This document shows, piece by piece, positions 10,241 through 20,449 of a stretch of DNA of 58,889 nucleotides. Below the pieces are notes generated by a model that worked only from the letters and a program-made list of their open reading frames with translations, was not told the origin of the DNA and did not search any database. The stretch covers positions 1 through 58,889 of the forward strand of contig JAFDAM010000004.1 of the NCBI GenBank assembly GCA_019313825.1. Direction: 5' to 3'. How positions within the stretch are numbered: position 1 is the stretch's first letter; each line of letters opens with the position of its first letter. The DNA comes from Deltaproteobacteria bacterium (GTDB taxonomy: Bacteria > Desulfobacterota > DSM-4660 > Desulfatiglandales > HGW-15). A program made the translations under genes and the position numbers.

Positions 10241-11149
10241 CTAATCATCCTTTACTACCCTGTGCCCGCCAAACTCTCGGCGCAACGCGGCCACGACCCT
10301 ATCGGAAAAAGATTCCTGCTCCTGGGAGCGAAACCTTCGCATCAAGGAAATGGCTATCACCGGGGCGGCCACACCACTGTTGATGGCCTGCTGCACCGTC
10401 CATCTCCCCTCTCCAGAATCCTCTATATAGCCCTTGATGCCCGACAGCTTCTCATCCTTCCCAAAGGCGGCCTCCGCAAGCTCCAGGAGCCATGAACGAA
10501 CCACACTTCCCTGGTTCCACAGATGGGATAGTTCAGCAAAATTGAGTGATTTGGCATAGGGTGATGCCTCCAGGATATCAAAGCCCTCGCCATAAGCCTG
10601 CATCATGCCATATTCAATTCCATTATGGACCATCTTCACGAAGTGTCCCGCACCTATGGGTCCGCAATAGAGATAACCTTCTTCCGGAGCAAGGGTTTTA
10701 AATATGGGCTCCAGATATTGGAATATCTCCTTGTCTCCTCCGGCCATGAGGCAATAGCCCTCCTCAAGTCCCCAGACACCTCCGCTTACACCCACATCCA
10801 TATAATTAATTTCGCTCTTACGGAGGAGTTTCGCCCTTCGAATATCGTCTTCATAATATGTGTTACCACCATCAATAACGATATCACCCGGCAACAACTT
10901 CTCTCTGATCTGCTCGATATGTTCATCCACAACCGGACCCGCGGGGAGCATTATCCAGACTATCCGTGGGGTAGAGAGCTTATTAAACAGCTCATCAAGG
11001 GAGTATGCACCTATGGCTCCATCGAATACAACCTGATCTGTCTTCGATGATGCCCTGTTGTATGCCACCACGCTATGGCCGCCCCTTAATAGGCGCTTTG
11101 CCATATTCATGCCCATGCGTCCAAGGCCAATCATTCCTATCTGCATCAT
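10241..11149 (-). CDS. gnd: 6-phosphogluconate dehydrogenase (decarboxylating, short form)
   Basis: GLGRMG, DGGN, SGG, GHFVKMVHNGIEYG, FGGH; start overlaps the upstream stop (ATGA). Confidence 0.95.
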   Translation of the reverse strand: MMQIGMIGLGRMGMNMAKRLLRGGHSVVAYNRASSKTDQVVFDGAIGAYSLDELFNKLSTPRIVWIMLPAGPVVDEHIEQIREKLLPGDIVIDGGNTYYEDDIRRAKLLRKSEINYMDVGVSGGVWGLEEGYCLMAGGDKEIFQYLEPIFKTLAPEEGYLYCGPIGAGHFVKMVHNGIEYGMMQAYGEGFDILEASPYAKSLNFAELSHLWNQGSVVRSWLLELAEAAFGKDEKLSGIKGYIEDSGEGRWTVQQAINSGVAAPVIAISLMRRFRSQEQESFSDRVVAALRREFGGHRVVKDD

Positions 11150-12609
11150 AGAACCTCCCTGTTGTAACATGCCCTTCCTTTCAGGTGGAAAAAGAATTTA
11201 AGACCCTTCTTGACACGATCTGAAAATATTTTTGGTGAGAAGAATGTGCCGGCGAGCCGCTTGTTTATCTCGCCCAGCGTGGGGTAGGGATGGACAGCAG
11301 AGGCAAGAGTCGAAAGCTTAACCTTGCCGTTCAGGACGGCTACCCATTCACCCAGGAGCTCCCCGGCCCGGGGACCCAGAATCTGCACTCCAAGGGGCTT
11401 CCCCTTCTCATCAAGGATCATCTTGATCTTTCCGATCTTCTCTCCTTCTGCAAGGCTTCTGTCGTTGTCCTTGAACTCCTCGGTCCAGACCGAGTACCTT
11501 ATGTTTTCATCTTTGGCCCTCTTCTCGTTCATGCCGATGCTTGCAAGCTCCGGATCGGTATAGGTACACCAGGGAAGAAAGGTGTAGTCCACCTTTCTGG
11601 GAAGATGAAAGATGGCATTACTTATTACGATGCCCCCCTCATATCCTGCGGCGTGCGTGAACTGATACGCGCCGGTGACGTCTCCCGCGGCGTAAATATG
11701 CTTCTGAGTGGTCCTTAATCGGTTATCCACACTAATCCCTTTTCTACTGAACTCAACCCCGATATCCGCAAGGCCCAGGCCTTCAAGATTGGGGCTTCTT
11801 CCCATAGCAACCAGGGTCTGCTCAGCCTTCATGGTTTTTATGGCGCCATCTCTTATCTTGACAACCACTTCCTTTGCGTTACCGGTATCCCTCACGCTCT
11901 GGACAGAGGTATAGAGATGGAAGGTTACACCTTCGGTTTCAAGGACTCTCATAAGATCATCGGCCATCTCCCGGTCCTCTTTGCTCAGGATCTGGCCGCT
12001 TCGCTGAACTACCGTGACCTTTGAGCCCAGACGGCAGAACGCCTGTGCCATCTCAATGGCAATGGGACCCGCGCCTAACACGATAAGGGAGCTGGGGAGG
12101 CATTCAAGATAAAAGATCTCCTTGTTGGTTATATATGGTGTCTTGTCTATCCCCTCTATGGGTGGGATCGCCGGGGAAGAGCCTGTGGCGATAACCCAAT
12201 TTTTAGCGGTGTAACTGTTTCCGTTTAGCTTGATGCTATGCTCATCCGTGAATGTGGGATCACCGAACTCAACTTTTACGCCAAGGCCGCAGAATCTCTC
12301 TTCGGAATCGTGCTTCTGGATGATGCTGATTACCGACCTGATCCTCTCAACCACCTCCCTGTAGTCCACAGGTGGAATCTCGGTCTGGGGAAGGCCGAAG
12401 ATCCCGGCATTCTTCATTAGGTGATAGACATGAGCGGTCTTGATTAGTGTCTTGCTGGGGACACATCCATAGTGCAGGCAATCGCCGCCAAGCTCCCTCT
12501 CCTTCTCCACAAGGAGTGTCTTGGCCCCCAATTGAGCTGCACCTGAGGCAATGGTCAGGCCGGCAGCACCTCCACCGAGAATTCCAATATCGTAATCATA
12601 GTCTGACAT
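11146..12609 (-). CDS. Flavoprotein disulfide reductase (dihydrolipoamide dehydrogenase/MerA-like family)
   Basis: GGGAAG, GGDCLHYGCVPSK, ATGS, GD, HPYPT; lacks the MerA C-terminal CC pair. Confidence 0.9.
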   Translation of the reverse strand: MSDYDYDIGILGGGAAGLTIASGAAQLGAKTLLVEKERELGGDCLHYGCVPSKTLIKTAHVYHLMKNAGIFGLPQTEIPPVDYREVVERIRSVISIIQKHDSEERFCGLGVKVEFGDPTFTDEHSIKLNGNSYTAKNWVIATGSSPAIPPIEGIDKTPYITNKEIFYLECLPSSLIVLGAGPIAIEMAQAFCRLGSKVTVVQRSGQILSKEDREMADDLMRVLETEGVTFHLYTSVQSVRDTGNAKEVVVKIRDGAIKTMKAEQTLVAMGRSPNLEGLGLADIGVEFSRKGISVDNRLRTTQKHIYAAGDVTGAYQFTHAAGYEGGIVISNAIFHLPRKVDYTFLPWCTYTDPELASIGMNEKRAKDENIRYSVWTEEFKDNDRSLAEGEKIGKIKMILDEKGKPLGVQILGPRAGELLGEWVAVLNGKVKLSTLASAVHPYPTLGEINKRLAGTFFSPKIFSDRVKKGLKFFFHLKGRACYNREVL

Positions 12610-12688
12610 GATCTATCTCCCCATTATTCTATCCTCCATTAAGGGACCAGTCATAATCATTAGGCTTAAGGGCCGGTAAAAACAGAGA

Positions 12689-13408
12689 TCACTTCTTACG
12701 AAGTCTCTCGCCGGGTACCCTCGCCTTTATGGTGTATATGGGATTTGCAAGGGTCCACCATCCCGGTTTCTCCTCATAGGAAAGCTCTATTCTGTTTATG
12801 AATTTAATATTCTTATATCCAAGATCATAGGGTGCTATCAGCCTGAGAGGGGCGCCGTGGTCATGGGGAAGGGTTTTTCCGTTCATATCCAATACGAGCA
12901 GGATCTCTCTTTCGGGATCAAGCAGTTCCGAAATGGGGAATGACTCGATATAGTGATCCTGGCCACGAGGCCTTGACTCTGTTTCCCCGAGAGAATGGAA
13001 GATCGCGTACCGTGCTTCAGACGCGGATTCGACCTTCTTCATGATATCGCCAAATCGAAAACCTCCCCACCTTGTATCCTTTACTGACCAGCCTTCCACA
13101 CAATGAAAATCTGCTATCTGCTCAACCTGGGGCAGTGCCTTCAGATCATCATAGGTGAGTGTCACCGGTTCTTTTACAAGTCCGTCTATTGTCAGTATAA
13201 ATAATTCGCTTTCTCCTCCTTGCCATTCAATAAGACCTTTCTTAGGATTAAACCTAAAATCTGCTTTTTCAACGGTTCTTACAGGGAACTTATCAATAAA
13301 GAAGGCCCATACAGAGGCGGGACAACTCAATAAAAAGGTAAAAGCAGCCAATATCCCAAGGAAGAACCTTCTTGAGTCGCTATATCGAATATTCAGTTCT
13401 GAACTCAT
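12689..13408 (-). CDS. Molybdopterin-dependent oxidoreductase (sulfite oxidase/MsrP-like), Tat-type leader
   Basis: SRRFFL + hydrophobic leader, FHCVEGWS, HGAPLRL..P...GYKNIK, GWW. Confidence 0.88.
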   Translation of the reverse strand: MSSELNIRYSDSRRFFLGILAAFTFLLSCPASVWAFFIDKFPVRTVEKADFRFNPKKGLIEWQGGESELFILTIDGLVKEPVTLTYDDLKALPQVEQIADFHCVEGWSVKDTRWGGFRFGDIMKKVESASEARYAIFHSLGETESRPRGQDHYIESFPISELLDPEREILLVLDMNGKTLPHDHGAPLRLIAPYDLGYKNIKFINRIELSYEEKPGWWTLANPIYTIKARVPGERLRKK

Positions 13409-13422
13409 GATTAATCCCTATT

Positions 13423-13638
13423 CTTTATGCAACTTTGCCAGAATACCCCGTGCTATGCACAGGGATGAATGGCCCTTGGCATTCTCTTTTCGACAGGCGA
13501 ACTCGTTTATGTGCTATGGGTCGGCATGGTGCCAGACGAGACTGTCCCGCTTAAAACGGGATGAAAAGAGAATGCCGAGGGCCATCGAACTATAATATTA
13601 TTAAAAGATGCCCCGCCTTGTAGGCGGGGAGGTTCACT
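13423..13638 (+). mobile_element. 216-bp hairpin-ended element, family A copy 1 (IS200/IS605 PATE-like)
   Basis: 200/216 identical (hand count) to 57592-57807; end hairpins ccccgtgctatgcacaggg and ccccgccttgtaggcgggg-aggttcac. Confidence 0.85.
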
Positions 13639-13689
13639 GGGAGACCCACACTGAAAAGCTCTCCCCTCCGCGCGCCTGGTATCCTATAC

Positions 13690-13707
13690 CATCAAGATCT
13701 GTGCCAA
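13690..13707 (-). promoter_or_regulatory. Sigma-54-type promoter TTGGCACAGATCTTGATG
   Basis: TGGCAC-N5-TTGA (GA instead of GC at -12); identical 18-mer at 41296-41313. Confidence 0.7.
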
Positions 13708-13801
13708 CATGGAGACCAATTGTTCTTGTTAGATATCCCTTGTTATCATAGACACTTATATCAATGAGTGTTTTCGAGGGACATAATCTTATAAAAGTAA
13801 T

Positions 13802-13820
13802 TTGAGACACAATTGATACA
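13802..13820. promoter_or_regulatory. Proximal activator site (TGAGACA/TGATACA, 11-bp period)
   Basis: ttgagacacaattgataca, 95 bp upstream of the promoter; counterpart at 41411. Confidence 0.6.
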
Positions 13821-14042
13821 CTCCTGTTTACCCGTATATCAACGACACAACGCATGGTTTGTCCAGGGTTATGGGGAAATGAAAGGCTTTTATCAAGCGT
13901 ACCCTGATGAGAGAATAAAGCAGGAACGATAATTATATTAAGATCTTAACGACCGGCGAACCTGAGATGCTCCTTAATATGCTAACAACCTAATTTAAGA
14001 AGTAAAATCAAGTTGAGATATAATATGATTAGAGGACTAATA

Positions 14043-14095
14043 TGAGACCTCAACTGTCTCAAAATCTTCATGAAACATAACTGTCTCATGAGACA
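14043..14095. promoter_or_regulatory. Distal TGAGAC/GTCTCA activator-site cluster
   Basis: 14070-14095 matches 41685-41710 at 23/26 positions. Confidence 0.7.
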
Positions 14096-14349
14096 CCCAA
14101 GCATGCAGAAAGTAATTCTTCCGCCTTTTTACTTTACAACAAGATCAGTTATGATCCTGAAGATTATGGTCATGATTTGGAGACCGCTTCGCTTGACATG
14201 CCTGTCCTCTTTTACTACGCTGCTTGAACAAATTCACGATTTGCAATGTCGAATATAGGAACAACAGTTCTCCCTAGTCTGACGTGTCCGCCTTTGGCGG
14301 ATTGAAGGTGTACCTCTTTTTAAGTCACCATACCTAAAGTTTAATACCC

Positions 14350-15153
14350 ATGGATAAAAACCTTTTTTTAGCTTTCAGTCTTACCGCGCTTGCGGGTCTG
14401 TCGACCGGCATCGGGAGCACAATTGCGCTCTTTTCCAAAAGAACAAATAAATATTTTATTTCATTTGTGCTCGGCTTCTCCGCCGGTGTCATGATTTATG
14501 TATCTTTTGTGGAGATCCTTGTTAAGGCCCGTGACAGCCTTGTGATGGCCCATGGCGAAATAAAAGGAGCGTGGTTTGCCATTCTCTCCTTTTTCGGCGG
14601 CATGGTGCTCATTATGATCATTGACCTCCTTGTGCCCTCCCATGAAAATCCTCATGAGGCTCGCTCCGTAGAGGAAACCCGGGGTGATATACCTTCCGAG
14701 AAGAAACTTTTAAAAATGGGCATATTCACTGCTATGGCGATAGCCATTCATAACTTTCCTGAAGGCCTTGCCACCTTTATAAGTACATTGAAGGACCCAT
14801 CCCTCGGTATTTCAATAGCGATTGCAATTGCGATCCACAATATTCCGGAGGGTATATCCGTCTCTGTCCCGATCTTTTTTGCCACTGGAAGCAGGATAAA
14901 AGCATTCTGGCTATCGTTTCTGTCGGGTTTATCTGAACCGCTTGGCGCACTCATAGGCTACACGCTGTTAAGGTCGCTCTTTTCGGATAATACCTTCGGA
15001 GTTCTCTTCGCATCCGTAGGCGGGATTATGGTCTATGTATCTCTGGATGAGCTGTTACCCGCGGCCCGCGAATTCGGAACAGGACATATTGCCATTCTGG
15101 GTGTTATTTTCGGGATGGGAGTAATGGCCTCGAGCCTTCTGCTGTTCATGTAG
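14350..15153 (+). CDS. zupT: ZIP-family zinc/divalent metal transporter
   Basis: GFSAGVMIYVSFVEI, HENPHE, AIHNFPEG, AIHNIPEG, DELLP. Confidence 0.93.
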   Translation: MDKNLFLAFSLTALAGLSTGIGSTIALFSKRTNKYFISFVLGFSAGVMIYVSFVEILVKARDSLVMAHGEIKGAWFAILSFFGGMVLIMIIDLLVPSHENPHEARSVEETRGDIPSEKKLLKMGIFTAMAIAIHNFPEGLATFISTLKDPSLGISIAIAIAIHNIPEGISVSVPIFFATGSRIKAFWLSFLSGLSEPLGALIGYTLLRSLFSDNTFGVLFASVGGIMVYVSLDELLPAAREFGTGHIAILGVIFGMGVMASSLLLFM

Positions 15154-15173
15154 AATCTGACTATAGCCTAATA

Positions 15174-15507
15174 TTTATTGTTCAACTTTTAAAGCCACGT
15201 CCTTTGGACGTGTCGAAGCTTCCCGCCTCTGGCGGGAAGTCAGAGATAATTGGCTCTACCTGAAAGGGCAGTCTAATCCGGCAATGACGATTAATAAGGC
15301 TTAAGGCCGAAGGCTGAAGGAAGGAGCTGTTCCTGTCTTTTGCCGTATACCTTATGCCTTACGCCTGTCGAAGATCCCGGTTTATCGAGGCGCCCTTTAT
15401 ATTTAGATATCGCCTTGAAAAGATAGTCATTGCCTTCTTTGATAGACAAATGCCACATCCTTCCCCGCCAGATTAGACGGGATCTTCGATGGACGTGGAT
15501 TCTTTAC
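15174..15507 (+). mobile_element. Hairpin-ended element, family B copy 1
   Basis: Shares left end, ttggctct..cctgaaa..gggca..ccggc.atgac block, agatatcg.cttgaa block and right end (gtggattctttac) with 39135-39497. Confidence 0.75.
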
Positions 15508-15551
15508 TGAATTGTCTTTCTGAACACGGTTTCTCTTATTGGGAGTATCTA

Positions 15552-16112
15552 ATGAAAATGCTGACAATCATTCTCATATCAATCGCCCTTGCAATGGATG
15601 CCTTTGCAGTATCCATCGCGAGCGGGATCGCTATTAAACGCCTCCGAATCAGGCACGCCCTTACCATTGCTTCCTGGTTCGGCCTGTTTCAGGCCCTAAT
15701 GCCAATTATTGGATGGTTAGGCGGCATCAATATCAAGGATCTGGTCGCAGGATTTGATCACTGGATCATTTTCGGCCTTCTTGCTTTTATCGGGTGCAAG
15801 ATGATCTATGAATCCTTTCAGATTGACCCGATCGGGAAAAAAGATCCATTGGATATACATGTCCTCTTCCTGCTGTCGATCGCCACAAGCCTGGATGCCT
15901 TCGCAGTGGGAATAAGCTTTGCCATTCTAGGCATCTCTATAATAACACCGGTACTGATAATCGGCCTTATTACCTTTGTAATGTCATTTATAGGGGTCTG
16001 GTTGGGAGATATGGGTAAGCATTTCTTTGAGAAAAAGATTGAAATAGTGGCGGGTCTTATTCTTATCGGTATTGGAGTCAAGGTCCTGCTGACTCATCTG
16101 ATGGAAGGTTAA
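15552..16112 (+). CDS. mntP: Manganese efflux pump MntP
   Basis: ALAMDAFAVS, FGLFQALMP, DHWI, IATSLDAFAVG; the longer ORF start at 15489 lies in a repeat element. Confidence 0.9.
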   Translation: MKMLTIILISIALAMDAFAVSIASGIAIKRLRIRHALTIASWFGLFQALMPIIGWLGGINIKDLVAGFDHWIIFGLLAFIGCKMIYESFQIDPIGKKDPLDIHVLFLLSIATSLDAFAVGISFAILGISIITPVLIIGLITFVMSFIGVWLGDMGKHFFEKKIEIVAGLILIGIGVKVLLTHLMEG

Positions 16113-16128
16113 TCTTTAAGAGCTTTAC

Positions 16129-16167
16129 AAAAAGCAGGGCGGTGATATTTATTAATCACCGCCCCTG
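16129..16167 (-). terminator. Intrinsic terminator after dnaK
   Basis: gggcggtgat/atcaccgccc 10-bp stem with an A-run on the left (U-tail on the minus strand). Confidence 0.75.
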
Positions 16168-16187
16168 ATTAGATTAGACACAATCTG

Positions 16188-18098
16188 TTATGCGACTTCC
16201 CGATACTCAGCGTCAACCACATCATCCGGTCCTGAAGCCGGTTGTCCCCAACCGTCTTCTGCGCCGCACCCTCCCTGCTGTCCGCAGGATGCAGACGCCT
16301 GCTGATACATGGCTGCTGACAGTCTGTGTGATGCCTGGGTCAGGTCCTCGGTCAGATGCCTGATTTCAGATGTGTCATCTGTTTTCAGCGCCTGTTTAAG
16401 GGAGTTCATCTTTTCCTCTACTTCGGCCTTGGCATCTCCGTCCACATTTCCATTCAGCTCTGCCAGGGTTTTCTCAGTGTTGTAGGTTAATGCATCTGCT
16501 GCATTTCGGGCATCCACAAGCTCCTTTTTTCTCCTATCATCGTCGGCATGGAGCTCCGCATCCCTTACAAGCCTTTCTATCTCTTCCTTGGACAGACCAG
16601 AAGATGATGTAATCCGGATCGATTGAACTTTACCTGTCGCCATATCCTTTGCAGATACCTCAACGATACCATTTGCGTCTATGTCAAAGGTAACCTCGAT
16701 CTGCGGCGCCCCACGAGGTGCAGGTGGGATACCGACAAGTTCAAAGCGACCCAGTGTCTTGTTTCCGGCCGCCACTTCACGCTCTCCCTGAAGCACATGT
16801 ACCGAAACAGCCGGCTGATTATCTTCCGCAGTCGAAAATATCTGGCTTTGCTGGGTAGGGATGGTCGTATTCTTTTCGACCAGTTTGGTCATAACTCCCC
16901 CAAGGGTTTCGATACCCAGTGATAGGGGGGTTACATCCAGAAGAAGTACATCATCCACATCTCCCTTTAATATGGCGCCCTGGATTGCAGCGCCAAGCGC
17001 GACGACCTCATCAGGATTTACACCCTTGTTGGGATCCTTACCGAAAATTTTCTTCACACGCTCCTGAACAGCGGGCATACGTGTCATCCCTCCCACAAGA
17101 ATAACCTCATTGATATCACCGGCGGAAAGACCGGCATCCTTCAGAGCAACCCTGCAAGGCTCCTCGATCTTTTCCAGCAGGTCGGCGATAAGGGCCTCAA
17201 GCTTTGCTCTTGTCACCTTAACATTAAGGTGCTTGGGACCACTTGCATCGGCGGTGATAAAAGGCAGATTAACGTCGGTTTCCATTGAAGAGGACAGCTC
17301 CATCTTGGCTTTTTCAGCCGCCTCTTTCAGCCGCTGCAAGGCCATCTTATCATTACGCAGATCAATACCCTGATCCTTTTTAAACTCGTCAGCCAGGTAA
17401 TCGATTAGACGCAGGTCAAAATCCTCTCCACCAAGGTGTGTATCCCCATTGCTAGCCTTGACTTCAAAGACACCGTCACCGATTTCAAGAACTGAAATAT
17501 CAAACGTACCGCCTCCGAGGTCGAATACTGCTATTTTTTCTTCTGTTTTCTTATCCAGACCATAGGCAAGAGATGCAGCCGTGGGCTCATTAATAATCCT
17601 CAATACGTTCAACCCGGCGATTTTCCCCGCATCCTTGGTGGCCTGTCTCTGGCTGTCATTAAAATAGGCGGGAACCGTTATTACTGCATCTGTCACCTTT
17701 TCTCCAAGATACTCCTCAGCCGCTTTTTTGATACTGGCCAGTATATAGGATGATATCTCGGCGGGGCTGTGATGCTTCCCTCGGAGATTTATACGTACAT
17801 CACCGTTGTCGGCCTTTTCAATTTTATAAGGCAAGATCTTGATGTCGTTCTGAACTTCCGGGGAATTATATTTTCGACCGATAAGTCGCTTTACACCAAA
17901 TACCGTGTTTTCAGGATTTGTAACTGCCTGGCGTTTGGCAATCTGACCCGTGAGCCTTTCGCCGCGATCAGAAAGCGCCACGATCGAAGGGGTTGTCCGC
18001 CCGCCTTCAGTATTTGTAATAACCTTGGCTTCATTCCCTTCCATGATCGCTACGCATGAGTTAGTAGTACCTAGATCTATTCCTATTGTTTTATCCAT
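16188..18098 (-). CDS. dnaK: Molecular chaperone DnaK
   Basis: [37 protein letters not shown]. Confidence 0.98.
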   Translation of the reverse strand: MDKTIGIDLGTTNSCVAIMEGNEAKVITNTEGGRTTPSIVALSDRGERLTGQIAKRQAVTNPENTVFGVKRLIGRKYNSPEVQNDIKILPYKIEKADNGDVRINLRGKHHSPAEISSYILASIKKAAEEYLGEKVTDAVITVPAYFNDSQRQATKDAGKIAGLNVLRIINEPTAASLAYGLDKKTEEKIAVFDLGGGTFDISVLEIGDGVFEVKASNGDTHLGGEDFDLRLIDYLADEFKKDQGIDLRNDKMALQRLKEAAEKAKMELSSSMETDVNLPFITADASGPKHLNVKVTRAKLEALIADLLEKIEEPCRVALKDAGLSAGDINEVILVGGMTRMPAVQERVKKIFGKDPNKGVNPDEVVALGAAIQGAILKGDVDDVLLLDVTPLSLGIETLGGVMTKLVEKNTTIPTQQSQIFSTAEDNQPAVSVHVLQGEREVAAGNKTLGRFELVGIPPAPRGAPQIEVTFDIDANGIVEVSAKDMATGKVQSIRITSSSGLSKEEIERLVRDAELHADDDRRKKELVDARNAADALTYNTEKTLAELNGNVDGDAKAEVEEKMNSLKQALKTDDTSEIRHLTEDLTQASHRLSAAMYQQASASCGQQGGCGAEDGWGQPASGPDDVVDAEYREVA

Positions 18099-18656
18099 TT
18101 CCAATTCCTCCTTGTCTATTAGGATTTCTCCATCCCATAAAGATCAAGGACTCATATTCATTAATTATGGTTCACCCTTAAACAAATTTCATACTTCATC
18201 CGATAATTTATATATTACGCCCTCAATGTTAGTCATAGGACAGAAATATTTATCACTTATAATGTGTGACTCTATGAAAATAACCATTTATTCCATTCAG
18301 TCAACACCATATTATTTTTTTGATAATATTTATAAAACCTGTTCCACAGGGCCATGTCAGAGATAGTTGGCTCCGCCCTGGATTTAGAGCATGAACAAGC
18401 ATTCAGCGATTAGCTGTCAGCCTTTAGCTTTTTAAAATCCCGCTTTAGCGGGACTGAACGCTGACAGCTCAAGCGAAACAGCGGGAACAATTTAGTGCGC
18501 TCTTTCAGGGGTAAATCAAAGCCTCCGGACCTAGATATTTGCTCGTCACGGATAGAAGGCAGGAAGCTCTGGACTTTTTCGTAATGAAATAGATGGGCGA
18601 TTTCAGGTATGACGTGGTGATATGTTATATATGCTGTACGACAATATCTGACTTCC

Positions 18657-19451
18657 TCACCTGATGGGCCTGGCAAAGGGCATGGTAAGCAATTGATGAA
18701 AGTGGAGCTTATCCGGGTCCCGGTATGCGCCCACGCCTATTCGGATTCTGTCCTGGTCTACGTCTTTAAGGAGTGTGCCCAATAATCTGTCCCAGAAGGA
18801 GAATATGGTACCGTAATTGGTATCCCTCTCCCTTATAACAACAGAATGGTGTATCCGGTGCATGGATGGAGGGACAAAGAGGACCCAGTAGATTGTCTCT
18901 ATCCACTTTGGGACCTTCAGTCTGCCGTGGTGAAACTGTGCGCAAAACACGATAGCGCATTCAAAGATCAGCACCCCCACCGGACTCGCGCCAAGAAAAA
19001 ATATGATGGAGATTTTGATAACCGACGAGATAGCCAGCTCTCCGATGTGGAACCTGGTGGCGGAGGACACATCTATGTTCAGGTCACTGTGGTGTATCCT
19101 GTGGAATCGCCACAGAAAAGGTATCTCATGGTTTAAAAGATGCCAGACATAAAGCATGAAGTCCATAAAGGCCACTGTTAACAGGATATTGAGCCACATA
19201 GGAATCTTCACAAGATTCAGCACCCCCAGCTCATGTACCTGGACATAAGTTGCGGTGCTCACAATGGCGGCGGAAAAGACCAGGTTCAGCAAAAAGCTGT
19301 TGAACAGAGTAAGCGCCAGGTTATTTACCCAGCGTTTCACCCTGGAGACGGAACTTGCCCTGTAAGGGAACAGGAGCTCCAGGATAAGAAAAAAGATAAT
19401 CCCGCCCCAGAAGAGCAAAAGCCTTATTATGGATTCTGTCATATTAAACAT
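18657..19451 (-). CDS. Sterol desaturase/fatty acid hydroxylase family membrane protein
   Basis: His boxes HLLNH, HRIHHS, FHH, HRIHHS; NYG..FSFWDRL. Confidence 0.9.
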   Translation of the reverse strand: MFNMTESIIRLLLFWGGIIFFLILELLFPYRASSVSRVKRWVNNLALTLFNSFLLNLVFSAAIVSTATYVQVHELGVLNLVKIPMWLNILLTVAFMDFMLYVWHLLNHEIPFLWRFHRIHHSDLNIDVSSATRFHIGELAISSVIKISIIFFLGASPVGVLIFECAIVFCAQFHHGRLKVPKWIETIYWVLFVPPSMHRIHHSVVIRERDTNYGTIFSFWDRLLGTLLKDVDQDRIRIGVGAYRDPDKLHFHQLLTMPFARPIR

Positions 19452-19592
19452 CTATCGCATCATAATTAAGTCAGCTACTACCCGTAGATCTGATGGTTTT
19501 AGGAAGGCCCCTAAAGGGGGTCAGGGATTTCAGTGCTTAGCAAAACCTATCAGGATCGCATCCCGGGTTTCATAATGGTGTAATATTAATCA

Positions 19593-19986
19593 TCAGGCCT
19601 TTTCCTCCATAAGACGGCCAAGGGCTGCAAGATGTGCCTTTTCTTCTTCTGCTATCTCAAGCAGAATGCCTTTGCTCTTTTCATCCGTTGCTTTCTGTGA
19701 ATATCGCATATAAAGGTCAAGGGCCTGGGTTTCAAGCCCCATGGCGGTTTCAAGGACACCCGGAGCCGAATTCATTGCGTCACCGCGATGGGCTATAAAC
19801 TCCTCGATAGTAATGCCCCCCCTCCATTACATCCGATACAATGCCTGACTCAAACGCCTCCTTGTCCGTGACAGTAGGATCAAGGGTGGGCGACAGATCA
19901 AATAGCCGCTCCTTATGCTTCTCCTCTACTCCCGCAAGTCTTGAAAGCAGCTCAGACAGTTTCAAATCTTTCGCGGTGTCGGCCAC
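19593..19986 (-). pseudogene. Fragmented ferritin/rubrerythrin-like gene
   Basis: Two consecutive pieces with LAGVEEKH and AMGLETQA..Y..IAEEEKAH, separated by a frame break; 5' part missing. Confidence 0.7.
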
Positions 19987-20147
19987 GCTTTAATAGAATT
20001 TTCCCAGTCCCGCTTCCATTTAAATGGTACCCTCTGCTTCAGATGAAGGGATCGGAATCGCTGTAACCCCAGACAGGAAACATACAAAACCAACATTAGA
20101 GCTATAAACTGAATTATGGGATGAATGAGAAGTATGAAATCACGCAC
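19962..20147 (-). pseudogene. Truncated membrane protein (possibly DUF4079-like N-terminus)
   Basis: IHPIIQ + one TM helix + FKWKR, then runs into the ferritin-like fragment. Confidence 0.45.
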
Positions 20148-20249
20148 AAATTACACTCTCTCAAGTCCGGGTTTATATAGACATCCTTTAAGTGTCTTGA
20201 TACATTCATTGCATTCTCTATGGACCATTAAGGTCTCACACTATTGATC

Positions 20250-20414
20250 TCAGTCTATCTCTCCTTTCCTGCCATCATCGCAAGGTTCATCATCATCATG
20301 CGCCCTTGCCTGCTCTGCGCTTGGTGCGGAAGTGCAAACGGGGAGTTCCTCTTCATCATTTTTCTTTTTCTTTGTGTTTTGATCTTCTTTTTTGGGAGAT
20401 CTTTCATTCGACAT
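20250..20414 (-). CDS. Small charged protein with two Cys
   Basis: Strong SD AAGGAGGTG; PVCTSAPSAEQARAHDDDEPCDDGR. Confidence 0.7.
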   Translation of the reverse strand: MSNERSPKKEDQNTKKKKNDEEELPVCTSAPSAEQARAHDDDEPCDDGRKGEID

Positions 20415-20449
20415 GATCTTCACCTCCTTTTGCATGCCTAAAGAGGCAT

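Noticed and set aside
11146-12609. merA
   Set aside because: No C-terminal CC pair, no metal-binding N-domain, no mer genes nearby
13518-13545. GGGTCGGCATGG matches the start of the HDV antigenomic ribozyme; CTGACGAAAC in copy 2 resembles a hammerhead core
   Set aside because: No downstream CCGACC partner for P1; the hammerhead motifs overlap with no stem II and are not kept in copy 1
15174-15551. yybP-ykoY Mn riboswitch upstream of mntP
   Set aside because: Region is occupied by the family B element; GGGAGTA here is best explained as the SD
18410-18676. 88-aa ORF after the desaturase
   Set aside because: No motif or SD; 3' part is heptamer/hairpin repeat
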